Source: a virus
Lineage: Duplodnaviria > Caudoviricetes
IMG/VR virus record: IMGVR_UViG_2811995334_000013
Location: 342-64,341 of that record
Direction: 5' to 3' (one strand)
Length of the DNA: 64,000 nt
Shown one piece after another: positions 27,556 through 37,656 of the stretch (the first letter of the stretch is position 1; each line of letters starts with the position of its first letter). The position numbers and the translations under genes were made by a program. The notes below the pieces were generated by a model. That model did not search any database and had not been told where the DNA came from. It saw only the letters and a program-made list of their open reading frames with translations.

Positions 27556-28062
27556 TCAGATGTTGACGGCGATCTCGGTGATGCCGTACGAGTCGGCCGG
27601 GCCGGTGAAATACCAGTTCGACGGCATCGCGACGGTGTTCGTGCCGTCGGCCGCAGCCTCGAAACCACCGAGCGGCTTGCCAGCGGCTGCCGCGGCGACA
27701 CGCACGTACACCGTGCCGTTCTTCGTGGCCGGCGCGGTACCGCCAAGCGCGGCGTCGAAGTAGCCGCGTTTCAGGATGTCGGTCGGGCCGCTCGTCGGCG
27801 GCGTCGACGTCCCGAGCGGATCCGTGCCATTGCCCTGGATCGGGTACGCGCGCAGGTTCACGCCGTAGACACTCGCCGCGGTGTCCGCCGCGTTGTTGAT
27901 CGGCTGGATCTTGCCGTTCACCATCTTCACGGGCACACCGAACGCCGTCGGCGGTGCGGCCGGATCGATCAGCTGCGTCTCGATCGTGGCGACTTCGGCG
28001 CGCTGGAGATCGCCGGGGAAACCCGCCGGCATGCGGTACTGATAGGCTTGATACGAGGGCAT
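27556..28062 (-). CDS. Capsid decoration/cement protein
   Basis: YRMPAGFPGD, AFGVPV, GTVYVR; directly upstream of capsid. Confidence 0.75.
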   Translation of the reverse strand: MPSYQAYQYRMPAGFPGDLQRAEVATIETQLIDPAAPPTAFGVPVKMVNGKIQPINNAADTAASVYGVNLRAYPIQGNGTDPLGTSTPPTSGPTDILKRGYFDAALGGTAPATKNGTVYVRVAAAAAGKPLGGFEAAADGTNTVAMPSNWYFTGPADSYGITEIAVNI

Positions 28063-28071
28063 GTCGGCTCC

Positions 28072-29532
28072 TTATTTGCGGGTCTTCCAGAAGTCCGCGT
28101 GGATTTGGTTGATGTCCTTCTGCTCGTTCTGCGCGGAATCGTTCGTACGGCGCCCCGAGACGCTGGAGTTCTTGCCGCGTACGACCTCCGACGCGGCGTT
28201 GAAGAACGCCTGAACGGCGCTGCACGGCATGCCCGAGATGTCCGCGCCGCCGGTCACGGCCTTGACTGCCGCGACGTTCTCGTTGTCCATCGCAGCGCGC
28301 AGCGCGCGACGGCGCAGGACGCAGATCGCGTCGACCGTCTTCTTGCGCACGGCCTTCGCGTCGAACGTCGGCAGGCGGACGCCCGGGGCGAGGATCTCAG
28401 CGCGCGAGAGCGCGTCCTGGAACTCGTCGCGCAGCGCCGCGCTGTCGCCGGTTTTCGCCCCTCCCTTGCCGTCGTCGCCGCCGGCGCCCGTGCCGTCGTC
28501 GTCGGTCGTCCCGGTTCCATCGCCTTCGTCGTCATCGTCGCCCGTCGGCGTGCCGCCGCCCTCGAGCTTCGTCACGCGCTCGGCGAGCGCATCGATCTTG
28601 CCGTTGGTCGCTTGGACCGCATCGAGCACCTGCTTGAGCGGATCGCTTTCGCCACCGCCCGAGCCTTCGTCACCGGTTGCCGCAACCGCGCCGGGTTTCG
28701 GATCGCCGGCTGCACCGGGCACGTGAATGTGAATCTGAGGCTGCCCGTTGCCGGCTTCGCCCTCGCCTTCGTCGCCCGTCATCTCGTTCGCGACCTTCTC
28801 GAACGCGTCCGAGTCGCGCGTCATGAAAGCCTTGCGCAGCTTCTCGAGCAACGTCGACTGCTTCTTGTTTGCCATGCTGGAATCTCCTGTCGGGAGTAGG
28901 TTGGAAGCGCTATCCCCGATGGAACACACGGGGCCACAGCGGGCGTTTTTCACGAGGGCGACGTGGTTGCCCACGATCACCACCTGTCGCGCCCGCCCAG
29001 GCGCAATCTGCTCGTAGTCGGCGTCGTAGCCGTTGCTGACCTGATCGAGCGCGTCGGGCCCGTCGCTTTGCACGCGTCGGATCGCCTCGGCATCGGTGAT
29101 CAGCAGGTCGGCGAGCATCAGCTCAGACTGCGCGCCCTCACCGCGCCGCACGTTGCGGACGGTGCCGCGCGCGACCGCCATGTAGTTCGCCGGTGTCACG
29201 AAGTCCGGCGGATGGTCGATCGTGATCGGCTTGCCTTCGAAGCTGGCGAGCGTCTCGGGGCTGAACAGCACGTCTGCGGTGCGCTCGGCGACGATGACAC
29301 CGTCCTTCGCCTCGAGCTCAGGCAGCTCGAAGTAGGCGTAATCCTGCGAGCCGACGCGCGCGATCGGCACCTCCTCGCAGAGCAGGAAGCCTTCGGGCGT
29401 CAGCGAGCGGCGCGTGCCGATCTTCTCGGCGGTGAACATGCCGGATGCGGTCACGCCGTCGCGGGTATGCGCGCGAGCGCGCGGCGCGTGCGAACCGCAG
29501 GTGCACGCGTGGTCGATGGTGTAAATGCGCAT
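28072..29532 (-). CDS. Head maturation protease/scaffold (DUF2213)
   Basis: TPEGFLLC..PIARVG, SFEGKPITIDHP, SNGYDA, NHVALV..ARCG. Confidence 0.9.
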   Translation of the reverse strand: MRIYTIDHACTCGSHAPRARAHTRDGVTASGMFTAEKIGTRRSLTPEGFLLCEEVPIARVGSQDYAYFELPELEAKDGVIVAERTADVLFSPETLASFEGKPITIDHPPDFVTPANYMAVARGTVRNVRRGEGAQSELMLADLLITDAEAIRRVQSDGPDALDQVSNGYDADYEQIAPGRARQVVIVGNHVALVKNARCGPVCSIGDSASNLLPTGDSSMANKKQSTLLEKLRKAFMTRDSDAFEKVANEMTGDEGEGEAGNGQPQIHIHVPGAAGDPKPGAVAATGDEGSGGGESDPLKQVLDAVQATNGKIDALAERVTKLEGGGTPTGDDDDEGDGTGTTDDDGTGAGGDDGKGGAKTGDSAALRDEFQDALSRAEILAPGVRLPTFDAKAVRKKTVDAICVLRRRALRAAMDNENVAAVKAVTGGADISGMPCSAVQAFFNAASEVVRGKNSSVSGRRTNDSAQNEQKDINQIHADFWKTRK

Positions 29533-29533
29533 G

Positions 29534-29701
29534 TCAGCCTTCGAGACTGGTTCGGATGCCGCGCGCGACGACGCGGCGGACTCGCTCGTAATCGGGCTCG
29601 GCTCGAGTGACCCGGCACCATACGATCAGGGCCCGGATGTACAGCGGCAGCCACCAGGCGGTGCGCACGCGGAACGTGAATTCGCGGGTCGTCGTGGTCA
29701 A
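29534..29701 (-). CDS. Small hypothetical protein
   Basis: Probable TTG start overlapping the upstream stop; packed in operon. Confidence 0.35.
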   Translation of the reverse strand: MTTTTREFTFRVRTAWWLPLYIRALIVWCRVTRAEPDYERVRRVVARGIRTSLEG

Positions 29702-29844
29702 TTGCTGCCCCAAACGATGCCCATCAGGCGATGGCGTCTCCCGGCGCGGACGTAAATGCACCGCCCGAGGATCTGCAGATGCGCGAGGTCGCCGTGCCGC
29801 CGGTACGCCAGCAGAGCGGGAATTCGAAAAACGAATGGCTTCAT
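29698..29844 (-). CDS. Small hypothetical protein
   Basis: MKPFVFRIP..; packed in operon. Confidence 0.35.
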   Translation of the reverse strand: MKPFVFRIPALLAYRRHGDLAHLQILGRCIYVRAGRRHRLMGIVWGSN

Positions 29845-29861
29845 GGCTATCCGACTCGCGC

Positions 29862-30035
29862 TTATTTCGCAGGAAACCGTTCGGCGATGATGGCGCTCAG
29901 TTCCTGCACCCATTCCACCGGGACGGGTAGGCCGGTGTCGCTGTAACGCTCGATCGCGCCCAGAATCTCTTTCATGCGGCGTTCGTCGTGGATGTACTTC
30001 GGCACAAGGCCGAGCGGAGGTTTGGCGTGGTTCAT
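29862..30035 (-). CDS. Small hypothetical protein
   Basis: MNHAKPPLGLVPK..PVEWVQEL, starts 1 nt after MuF stop. Confidence 0.55.
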   Translation of the reverse strand: MNHAKPPLGLVPKYIHDERRMKEILGAIERYSDTGLPVPVEWVQELSAIIAERFPAK

Positions 30036-30036
30036 G

Positions 30037-30795
30037 TCAGTCCTCGGAAATGATCGGTTCGGCCCAGCAACGGCAATTCCAGATCTGTCCGGGGTGGAAC
30101 CGCATGTACTTGCCGTTTTCCTCGACCTCGGGCGGCTCGTCCCACGCGCAGACCTTGCCCTCCATCGCGCGGTGGCCGGCGCGGACATCACTGTCGCCGC
30201 TGGTCCGCCAGATGTAGTGCGTGCTCCCCACGCTTCGCGCGCGGGCCTCGGTGAGCGACGTCGCGGCGCGCGAGACCTCGGTCCGCGCGATCAGGTCCGC
30301 ACGACTTTTCGCGACCTGGCCGGACTCCTGAATCGCCTTCGAGATTTGCGCCGCGCGCGTGCTGTCGACCATCCCCTCGATGGTCAGCCGGTGCACACGC
30401 TCAGCGGCCTCGAGCGGGATCGACTTGATCAGCGTCACCTGCTCTGCCATCAGCGCGCGCAGCGTCTCGCCGGTTGCCGCGTTCTGGATCTCGTCGCGCA
30501 GCGCGCGCGACATGTCGGCCGCCTGCTGCATCCACGCCTGCTCGTCGCGCCGGCTCAGGTCAGCCAGCATCCGCGCGGCGGTCGCCTCGGCCCACGGCGC
30601 GAGTGCCTCGGCGTACCGCCGCAGCAGCTCTTCGATCGTCGGCGCCCACTGCGGATCGCCCTGTGGGAAGCCGTTCACCAGCACGCCGACCTGCTCGGCG
30701 ATCTTCCGTAGTTGGAGGCTGTACTGACGCTCGGGCCCGCTCAGGCGCACCGGGTTCTTGCGCCGGCCGCGCTTTCGGTCGAGGGTGAGCGTCAT
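30037..30795 (-). CDS. Minor head protein (MuF/SPP1 gp7), no C-terminal toxin extension
   Basis: RADLIARTEV, YIWRTSGDSDVR..H, HPGQIWNCRC; start ATG 30795. Confidence 0.9.
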   Translation of the reverse strand: MTLTLDRKRGRRKNPVRLSGPERQYSLQLRKIAEQVGVLVNGFPQGDPQWAPTIEELLRRYAEALAPWAEATAARMLADLSRRDEQAWMQQAADMSRALRDEIQNAATGETLRALMAEQVTLIKSIPLEAAERVHRLTIEGMVDSTRAAQISKAIQESGQVAKSRADLIARTEVSRAATSLTEARARSVGSTHYIWRTSGDSDVRAGHRAMEGKVCAWDEPPEVEENGKYMRFHPGQIWNCRCWAEPIISED

Positions 30796-32258
30796 CGGCG
30801 TCGGAACAGCCTGCGGATCAAGGAATCGTTCGTGCGCGCGCCGGCCGCGGCAGTCGGCCCGGTCGGCAGCGCCATGTCGATCGCCGGCGGCTCGTCGCCC
30901 TGCTCGTCGCGCTCGGCCTGCTCGATCGCCTCGTCGGAGATGTCGCCGAACATGCCGGTATCGGGTGACGATGCCTTCAGCTCGCGCATGCCCTGGCTGC
31001 GAGGAATCAGGTCCGCGTCGACCGCCTTCGTTACAGAATCGACCGTCTTGTTGCCGATCTCCGACTTCTCGGCCGCCGACATCTCCTGCAGCGGGCGGAA
31101 TTCGTACGCGAAATCCTCGGGCAGCGGCTGGCCGATCTCCGAACGGCACATGACGTCGAGCAAGCCGTGCAGCGGGTTGCGCAGCCGACGCTCCTGTCGC
31201 GTGTGGACCTTCTCGTGGTACAGCAGCCGCGAGCCTTCGCCGGTGTCGCTCAGTCCGGCCGGCTGTTGGCCGAACAGGCGATCGAGCGGGATGCCCGTTG
31301 CGCCGCTCAGCTGCATCGCGAACTGGAGCATCACGTCCGACAGCCCGCTGAACGCGTACTGGTGCGTCTCGAACTTGTCGGTCGCGTCGATGAGCGTGAG
31401 CCCTTCGTTCGACTGCCCGAGCCGAATGTTCTCGACCTGCTTCAGCAGACCTTCGAGCGCCGGGCCGCCGACCGCGATGATCTCGCGCAGCTTCTCGACG
31501 CTGAGCGTACGCAGATGCGCCTTGTAGACGAGCTGCCCGGCACCGACCGTCGCGCTGTCGAACGCGATGAGGCGGTCCCACATCGGCTCGAGGATCGACA
31601 GTCCCCATCCGTTCTCGCTGATCCGCTGGTAGAACGGCAGCGCTTCGCCGTCCATTCGCAGCACGCGCGAGTGGTGAATGCGTCCCTGCGGCAGCCCAAC
31701 GGTCGACGGCAGCACGTCGTAGTACTTCGGCATGCCGAGGTCTGGGCCGAACTCGGTGACGACCTCGCCGACCGGCGGTGCGACCATCCAGCGGTCGAGC
31801 ACCAACAGCCCCTTGAACTGCCCGCGCCCGATCGTCTCGCGCCGAAGCGGCTGCGACATGTCCTGGCCGTCGATCAGCATCACCGCGATCGCGCCGCCGT
31901 ACAGCTGGGCCCACTTCCCGGTGTCGCAGAGCTGATCCCAGATTGCCTTGCGCGTGAGCGCCGTCTCCATCTTCGACACGTCGGTCGGATCGAGGCCGGA
32001 CATCTCGATGCCCTTGCGCGTCATGTCCTCGGGGATCGCGTCTACCGCGGCGCGCACGATCCACGAACCGCGATAGGCGGCCTCCAGCCAGACGCGGTTC
32101 CGGCTCTGGTACGACAGCGTGTACTGCGACGCCGACGCCTGGTTGTCGGCGCCCCATCCGAGCCGCGCCTGGAAGTTGGCGAACGAGTCGGTCGTGCGCT
32201 GCGCGTGCGGCGTCGCGGCCACGCGCGCGGGCCGTACCTGCTGTTTCTTTCGCGCCAT
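30792..32258 (-). CDS. Portal protein (DUF1073)
   Basis: AYRGSWIVRAAVDAIPEDMTRKG, GIPLDRLFG; between terminase and MuF. Confidence 0.88.
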   Translation of the reverse strand: MARKKQQVRPARVAATPHAQRTTDSFANFQARLGWGADNQASASQYTLSYQSRNRVWLEAAYRGSWIVRAAVDAIPEDMTRKGIEMSGLDPTDVSKMETALTRKAIWDQLCDTGKWAQLYGGAIAVMLIDGQDMSQPLRRETIGRGQFKGLLVLDRWMVAPPVGEVVTEFGPDLGMPKYYDVLPSTVGLPQGRIHHSRVLRMDGEALPFYQRISENGWGLSILEPMWDRLIAFDSATVGAGQLVYKAHLRTLSVEKLREIIAVGGPALEGLLKQVENIRLGQSNEGLTLIDATDKFETHQYAFSGLSDVMLQFAMQLSGATGIPLDRLFGQQPAGLSDTGEGSRLLYHEKVHTRQERRLRNPLHGLLDVMCRSEIGQPLPEDFAYEFRPLQEMSAAEKSEIGNKTVDSVTKAVDADLIPRSQGMRELKASSPDTGMFGDISDEAIEQAERDEQGDEPPAIDMALPTGPTAAAGARTNDSLIRRLFRRR

Positions 32259-32278
32259 TCCGGAAAATCCTGTCGTGC

Positions 32279-33832
32279 TTAACCGGCGAGCCGCTCCCAG
32301 ACCGACAGGTCCTTCGCGCCTCCCAGCATGTCGTTGATCGCGTCGACCATCGGATCAATCTGGTCGTCGTGCATGTGCGTGTCGTCGGCTGTGAACGAGT
32401 CGCACTCGCTCAGGAAATCGCTGACCCACGGCGCGTCGAGCGGGACGCCGACGTTACCGACGTCGATGTGGCTGACGACATCCATCACGCGCGTCAGCTT
32501 GTCCTTCACGCGCTCGATGCCCTCGATCGGGATGCCGCCTTCAGCCTGGATGTCCTGAATCAGCCCGGTGCCGCTGGACTTGTCCTCGACCTTCATCTGG
32601 CGAAGCGCCGGCGCGCCCGGGTCGTCAGCGCCGATCGCCGCGTGCTTGTTCCAGAAGTCGATCGCGCGCTGCTTGAGCTCGGGGGCCTTCCACTTCCCGC
32701 GGACCAGGTCGATCAGGTACACCCGGTTGTCGTAGCCGAGGCCCCAGCACTCGAACACGCTGTAGTCGTTGCGCTCGGCGGTCTTCTGCGCGGTGTCGGC
32801 GAAGATCTTCCGGTACTGCAACTGCGGCAGCGCGCCGTAGCGCAGGAACTTGCCGCTCTGGATGATCCCGCCGCCCAGCGGCGACGGCCGCTGCATGTAC
32901 TGGCCGTTGAAGACGTATGCATCGGCCTTCTCGGACGCCAGCAGGTCCTGCAGCGGTTCCTTGTACGGCCAGTAGCTGTACCGGCCGTCGTCGTCGCGCT
33001 CATCGCTTTCGACCAGCGCGCGGATGTGCGCCGGCAGCTTCTCGACGTAGTCGTCGGTGATCAGCGCCGGGATCTCGATGAACTCCCACTCGCCGGGCAA
33101 CTTGCCAGACTTGATGAACCCAGTCGGATCCTCTTCGGCGAGCCGCTGCATGATCACGATGATCGGCGTGTCCGGATTCGCCTTCCGGCTCTTCACGGTC
33201 GACAGCAGCTTGCGGTTCGCCTTGTTGCGGTTCGTCTTGCTGTACGCGTCCTCGACCTTCAACGGGTCGTCGATAATGATCGCGCCCTGCCAGCCCTCCG
33301 CCATGTGGCCGGCCCGGAAGCCGGTGATCTGGCCGCCGAGCGACACCGCGTAGACGCCGCCCGCCTTCTTGCCGCCGACCAGGACGTTCCAGCGCTTCTT
33401 CGACTTCGCGTCGTCGGCGATCTCCAGAGGCCAGAGCGCCTGGTACTCAGTGGACGCGACGATGTCGCGCGCCGCCTCGCTGTTCAGCAGCGCCAGATCG
33501 TCCGAGTACGAGATGTGCAGGAAGCGCGCGCGCGGGTTCAGCGCGAGCCCGCGCGCGATCAGGTTGATCGCGACGAGCTCGGTTTTCGACGAGCCCGGCG
33601 GCACGTTGATGACGACGTTCTTCAGCTTGCCGTCGATCACGCGCTGCACCGCGTCGGCGATCAGCACGTGGTGCCAGTTCACGCGGAACTTGATCGCCTG
33701 CCGGTGCTTGAAGAAGTACCGGCTGAAAAACAGGTGGTCGCGCTCGCATTTCGCCTTCAGGACAGCCCGCTCGATGGCGGGGTCAATACTCGTCTTCGAG
33801 CTTGGCGACGGCGGCTGCGACCTGCTGTTCAT
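32279..33832 (-). CDS. Terminase large subunit
   Basis: [10 protein letters not shown] Walker A, IIIDDP Walker [18 protein letters not shown] nuclease. Confidence 0.95.
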   Translation of the reverse strand: MNSRSQPPSPSSKTSIDPAIERAVLKAKCERDHLFFSRYFFKHRQAIKFRVNWHHVLIADAVQRVIDGKLKNVVINVPPGSSKTELVAINLIARGLALNPRARFLHISYSDDLALLNSEAARDIVASTEYQALWPLEIADDAKSKKRWNVLVGGKKAGGVYAVSLGGQITGFRAGHMAEGWQGAIIIDDPLKVEDAYSKTNRNKANRKLLSTVKSRKANPDTPIIVIMQRLAEEDPTGFIKSGKLPGEWEFIEIPALITDDYVEKLPAHIRALVESDERDDDGRYSYWPYKEPLQDLLASEKADAYVFNGQYMQRPSPLGGGIIQSGKFLRYGALPQLQYRKIFADTAQKTAERNDYSVFECWGLGYDNRVYLIDLVRGKWKAPELKQRAIDFWNKHAAIGADDPGAPALRQMKVEDKSSGTGLIQDIQAEGGIPIEGIERVKDKLTRVMDVVSHIDVGNVGVPLDAPWVSDFLSECDSFTADDTHMHDDQIDPMVDAINDMLGGAKDLSVWERLAG

Positions 33833-34262
33833 CGACGACGACCGTCCTATTCACGATTGGGCCGCCGTCCTCCCCGGTATGCTCGAGGCGACGCCGATTC
33901 GTGAACGCGTCGCCGGCTTCCTTCGCCGCCTGTTCGAGCAGCTGCGCCATCAACGGCAGGTTGCCGCGCTGCTCGGCGATGCCGACGGCACGATCGAGTG
34001 CGCGCAGGCGCACCGCGCGGTGCGAGACGCCGATGCGCGAGGTGTCCTTCAGAAACTCTTCGCGCGTGCGCTCGAAAATCTCCCGGTACTTCTTGCTCAG
34101 CGTCGATCCGGCGCGCTTCGTCGGGTCGTACCGCTCGCACTGCTGCGGCGACACTTCGACGCCGAACTCCTCGCGCACCGACTTCGCGGCGCGCGACGGC
34201 GTGTCGAAGCAGGCGAGCGCCTGCGTTACGAACACCTTGATGGGTTCGGGGAGTGCTGCCAT
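33783..34262 (-). CDS. Terminase small subunit (DUF2280)
   Basis: [28 protein letters not shown]. Confidence 0.88.
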   Translation of the reverse strand: MAALPEPIKVFVTQALACFDTPSRAAKSVREEFGVEVSPQQCERYDPTKRAGSTLSKKYREIFERTREEFLKDTSRIGVSHRAVRLRALDRAVGIAEQRGNLPLMAQLLEQAAKEAGDAFTNRRRLEHTGEDGGPIVNRTVVVDEQQVAAAVAKLEDEY

Positions 34263-34283
34263 GGTGGGAAACGTTCAGATGGG

Positions 34284-34949
34284 CTACGCGGCCCGCAGGA
34301 TGCAGGTGCCGCAGGCGCGCGCGATGTCGGCGTGGCCGACTTCCGGTGCGCGGCGGGCGGCGTCGACAAGCTTCGCCGTATCACCGGCCCCGCCGCCGAC
34401 GCCATATCGACGGACGATGCCGACGAACTCCTCGACGTCGTGGCCACGGATGCCGAGCTTCGGCATGCCGTCCTTGGTGAACGCCGGCGCGCCGAAGTCG
34501 TCGACGCGCTGGCCAATGTGGTACAGCTCGTGCTCGACGAGCGCGCACCACTGCAGGTCGTTGCACTCGCGCGCGTAGTGCGCGTCAAGCGTGATCAAGA
34601 AGGCCGGCACGCGGCCGAACCACTCGCAGAGCTGCTGCTCCTGCCGGGCGCGCTGCCAGCCGCCGGCGCGGATCATCACCTCTTCGCACTGGCCGACGAC
34701 GCGGCGCATCTGGCGGACGTTCTCGACTGCCGCCCAGAGGTAGGCGACGTCGGTGTCGATCAGGTGCTCATGGTCCGGGTTGTGCAGCGGCGCGCCGGCG
34801 CGCAGGAACGTCTCAGCGACCCACTCCGCGACGCCATCGGCCGGTACGATGGGTCGGATCCAATTCGAGTCGTCGAACAGCAGATCGGGGGGCGATGGCC
34901 GAGGTGCCTGCAATACAGCACCGACGGCGGTTGATTTCGTCATCGTCAC
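34284..34949 (-). CDS. Putative phage metallopeptidase
   Basis: LHNPDHEHL, LVEHELYHI (HExxH), GHDVEEF. Confidence 0.85.
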   Translation of the reverse strand: MTMTKSTAVGAVLQAPRPSPPDLLFDDSNWIRPIVPADGVAEWVAETFLRAGAPLHNPDHEHLIDTDVAYLWAAVENVRQMRRVVGQCEEVMIRAGGWQRARQEQQLCEWFGRVPAFLITLDAHYARECNDLQWCALVEHELYHIGQRVDDFGAPAFTKDGMPKLGIRGHDVEEFVGIVRRYGVGGGAGDTAKLVDAARRAPEVGHADIARACGTCILRAA

Positions 34950-35086
34950 AACCCACCGATTTGATCTACGTCAAAAAATCTTCATTACCTCGGGACATCG
35001 GCCATTGAAAGCAGAAATGCCGATGCCATATCCGCGAACCGCGGGTGCAAAGCGCTGTCGCGGTCACATAACTATCGGAGAAGCAA

Positions 35087-35275
35087 ATGAAACTCACGCA
35101 CGTAGGTTTGAACCCTCACGTTGCCCCGCATGGTGCATTGAACGTCAACCTTTCGGACGGCACGAACAGCATCAGCGTGCTGGTGAAACTCGAGCAGCAT
35201 CACAACGCCCATTCGCTGACGATTCAGCAGATCGAAGACCTGGCGAAGCACGCGGCGAAACACCTGATTCCGTAA
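35087..35275 (+). CDS. Small hypothetical protein (moron, opposite strand)
   Basis: GGAG RBS, 62 aa, followed by a shared terminator at ~35300-35330. Confidence 0.6.
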   Translation: MKLTHVGLNPHVAPHGALNVNLSDGTNSISVLVKLEQHHNAHSLTIQQIEDLAKHAAKHLIP

Positions 35276-35476
35276 TCGAGCGCGGTAGCGCTCGCAACGA
35301 AAAAGCCCGCTGGCCTTCGCTCAGCGGGCTCTACACATCTGGTGCCAGCAGGGCTGGCGGAAACCCGCCAATGCCCTTCATCGCGCTGGCTTTACCGCTT
35401 CCGGGCGACACGGCCAGAAGGAAGCTAGCACAAGGCGCGCAGCTCGATACAACAACCAACTAATGTCGACTTCGCG

Positions 35477-35959
35477 TCATACCCTGTCGATCTTGCCGTA
35501 CAACTCGCCGAGAAGGCGATACAAGAATTCCCGCACGTCAGCTTCATTGGTGGTTGTCCATTCAAGCTCGCCTGGCACCGACCACGAAGCACTTCCGTCT
35601 GCATCGATCAATATCGCCCAGAATTCAGCGAGTCTCGGCCGCACTACTTCACCGACGTGACGGTAGAAGCGGAACCGCCCCATCAAATCTGACCCGCTCG
35701 CCACATGGTCGAATTCGGCTATCAACTTCCCACCGAAGCTGTTCAGCACAAACCCCGGCAGTGGCAATCCTTCAGGTGAATCCTGCCAAATCACCCCCAA
35801 CTCGGCCGCACCTGGGACACTAATCGCTCGCTCGACCTGCTCGCGAAATGCAATCGCGGCTTGATTCACTTGACCTGCTCTCGCAGCGGTGTTGACCACT
35901 ACTTCCCGAATTTCTCGCGTAAGTTTCGGCATTTCTGGTCTCCAGTGGTTGGAAACCAA
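35477..35959 (-). CDS. Hypothetical protein (low-GC moron after late promoter)
   Basis: 160 aa ORF, start uncertain, no recognised motif. Confidence 0.55.
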   Translation of the reverse strand: MVSNHWRPEMPKLTREIREVVVNTAARAGQVNQAAIAFREQVERAISVPGAAELGVIWQDSPEGLPLPGFVLNSFGGKLIAEFDHVASGSDLMGRFRFYRHVGEVVRPRLAEFWAILIDADGSASWSVPGELEWTTTNEADVREFLYRLLGELYGKIDRV

Positions 35960-35997
35960 ATATTGATCAACCTACAACTTCCGAGCAAGAGGGCAAA

Positions 35998-36023
35998 CAA
36001 AAAAGCCCGCTTTCGCGGGCTTC
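35998..36023 (-). terminator. tR'-like terminator
   Basis: AAGCCCGC-GAAA-GCGGGCTT-TTTT about 40 nt after the late promoter. Confidence 0.75.
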
Positions 36024-36064
36024 GTTGCTTCGGACGCACGTATGACGTGTATCGAATATGGCGG

Positions 36065-36093
36065 ATTATTGTGCATGAAATGCACATCGTCAA
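36065..36093 (-). promoter_or_regulatory. Late promoter (pR'-like)
   Basis: TTGACG-N17-AATAAT overlapping the Q-like stop codon; palindrome GTGCAT-GAA-ATGCAC in the spacer. Confidence 0.65.
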
Positions 36094-36683
36094 GCGGTTT
36101 CGCTCTCCCTCAACAATCCGGCGGCCGACAACTTACGCTCGATCGCGGACCAGGCCACCTGCGACACGCCGACCGTCTCGCCCTTCCGATCCCCGTCGAT
36201 CCAGAGGCGGACCGCCGCGTTCTGCTTGCTGACCGTGTTCCGGTGAGCCTCGCAGTCGTCAGCGATCTGCGACAGGTCGCACTTCACCCCGAACAGCCGT
36301 TCGATGATCGCGCGCCGCACGCGGAAGTGCGAGAAGCCGGAGCAGTAGGCGGCCGATGCCTGCGTCAGCCACCCGATCGCCGCCTGCCACTCGAGGTTCG
36401 GCGTCCGGCCGCTACAGCAAGCGGCGCCGCATGAGCACGGCAGATCGTGCGGCGCTGCGCGCGCGACAACCACGGACAGGTGCAGCTCGGGCAACTCCCA
36501 GAGCTGCCGACGGATCTGCCCGGCCTGCCCGGCGCCGTCCACTCCGATCAGGCCCATGCCCGTGCCGATCGACTCGCCGCGCAGCCGCTTCGCCAGCATC
36601 GTCTCGCCGTACTGCTGCGACGAGTAGCAGAGCGCGAACCGCACGGCGTCGAACGCCGACTTGAATTCGACGACGTCGCTCAT
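36090..36683 (-). CDS. Late-gene regulator (Q-like antiterminator)
   Basis: MSDVVEFKS..CSCGAACC Zn motif, C-terminal HTH-like; last early gene before pR'/tR'. Confidence 0.55.
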   Translation of the reverse strand: MSDVVEFKSAFDAVRFALCYSSQQYGETMLAKRLRGESIGTGMGLIGVDGAGQAGQIRRQLWELPELHLSVVVARAAPHDLPCSCGAACCSGRTPNLEWQAAIGWLTQASAAYCSGFSHFRVRRAIIERLFGVKCDLSQIADDCEAHRNTVSKQNAAVRLWIDGDRKGETVGVSQVAWSAIERKLSAAGLLRESETA

Positions 36684-37009
36684 CGCGCACCCCGCGTCGT
36701 CATGGCCAGCGCCTGCACGCTGCCCAGCCAGCCGGCGTACCCGGTGAGGTGGCTCGTGAAGTCCGGCCGGACCCGCGTGTCGACGTGCGCGTCCGGCGCG
36801 CGGCAGGTTCCGGCGATCGAGTATTCGCGGCCGCGGCGCGTGCTGCTCGAATCGAGCCGCGCGAGCGCGACGTCGGTCGCCAGCAGTTGCCGCATCGACG
36901 ACAGCGGCACCTCCAGCTTCTCGGCGAGGCGGGTCGCCGTGTACCGGCTGCCCGGCCTCATGGTCTTCAACACCGCGTTGATGGTCAGCTTTCCGTTCAT
37001 GGTTTTCAA
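36680..37009 (-). CDS. HTH-like hypothetical protein
   Basis: YTATRLAEKLEVPLSSMRQLL. Confidence 0.5.
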   Translation of the reverse strand: MKTMNGKLTINAVLKTMRPGSRYTATRLAEKLEVPLSSMRQLLATDVALARLDSSSTRRGREYSIAGTCRAPDAHVDTRVRPDFTSHLTGYAGWLGSVQALAMTTRGAR

Positions 37010-37018
37010 GGCCCGCTC

Positions 37019-37489
37019 CTATGCTCGCTGCAAATTCAATTCGATCGCCTCGATGCGCACGCCCGGCACGCGCGCGTAGCGCTTCGAGATCCAGAGGTCG
37101 ACCACCTGGCCGTCGTCGGCGTAGACGACCCCGTTCATGCCGTCTTTCAACGCCTTGACAACGTTGTCGGCGTCGGGCTTCTTCGTCGCGCCGATCGCGC
37201 CGGCGGCGGCCGCGTTCTGGCGCTTCGCCGACCAGCTCGTCGGGATCGGCAGGCCGATGTTCACGATCAGGCGCACCGGGCCCTCGTACGGCTGCGCGTC
37301 GCGCATAGCCTCGCGAGCGGCCATCTTCACGAGGTTCTCGTAACGTTCGGTCGCCTCCGGCGTGTACGCGCGCACGAAGCCGCCTTGACGCGCGAAGCGC
37401 GGCCGGCCCTTCGCGACCGGCTTGCCGGGCACGACGAACTCGATGCGGCGCGCGACGGGCGTCGCCGCGATCAGCGATTGTTCGACCAC
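37019..37489 (-). CDS. rusA: RusA Holliday junction resolvase
   Basis: VPGKPVAKGRPR, KKPDADNVVKALKDGMNG..YADDGQVV. Confidence 0.9.
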   Translation of the reverse strand: MVEQSLIAATPVARRIEFVVPGKPVAKGRPRFARQGGFVRAYTPEATERYENLVKMAAREAMRDAQPYEGPVRLIVNIGLPIPTSWSAKRQNAAAAGAIGATKKPDADNVVKALKDGMNGVVYADDGQVVDLWISKRYARVPGVRIEAIELNLQRA

Positions 37490-37656
37490 TTCGCGGCCCT
37501 CCCGTAGTGCTCTGCCGGTTCCCAGTACGCGCTCTTCCAGCGCTCGTACGCCTCGTGAGGCGTGCTGCCCAATCCCGTCGCACCGTTCGAGCGACAAACC
37601 CACTCGTAACCGATGTCTGCGCGGTAAATCGCTCGGAAAATGCGTGGCCTGGTCAT
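37471..37656 (-). CDS. Small hypothetical protein
   Basis: MTRPRIFR..GLGSTPHEAYERW; coupled to neighbours. Confidence 0.5.
   Translation of the reverse strand: MTRPRIFRAIYRADIGYEWVCRSNGATGLGSTPHEAYERWKSAYWEPAEHYGRAAKWSNNR

Noticed and set aside
30792-32258. DUF1073 protein, sometimes auto-labelled anti-CBASS Acb1
   Set aside because: Size and position between terminase and MuF indicate portal; no 2H-phosphoesterase HxT motif pair seen
30037-32358. 773-aa ORF that could be read as an extended MuF fusion
   Set aside because: The upstream part overlaps the portal in another frame and is low-complexity Arg-rich; real MuF starts at 30795 and has no toxin extension
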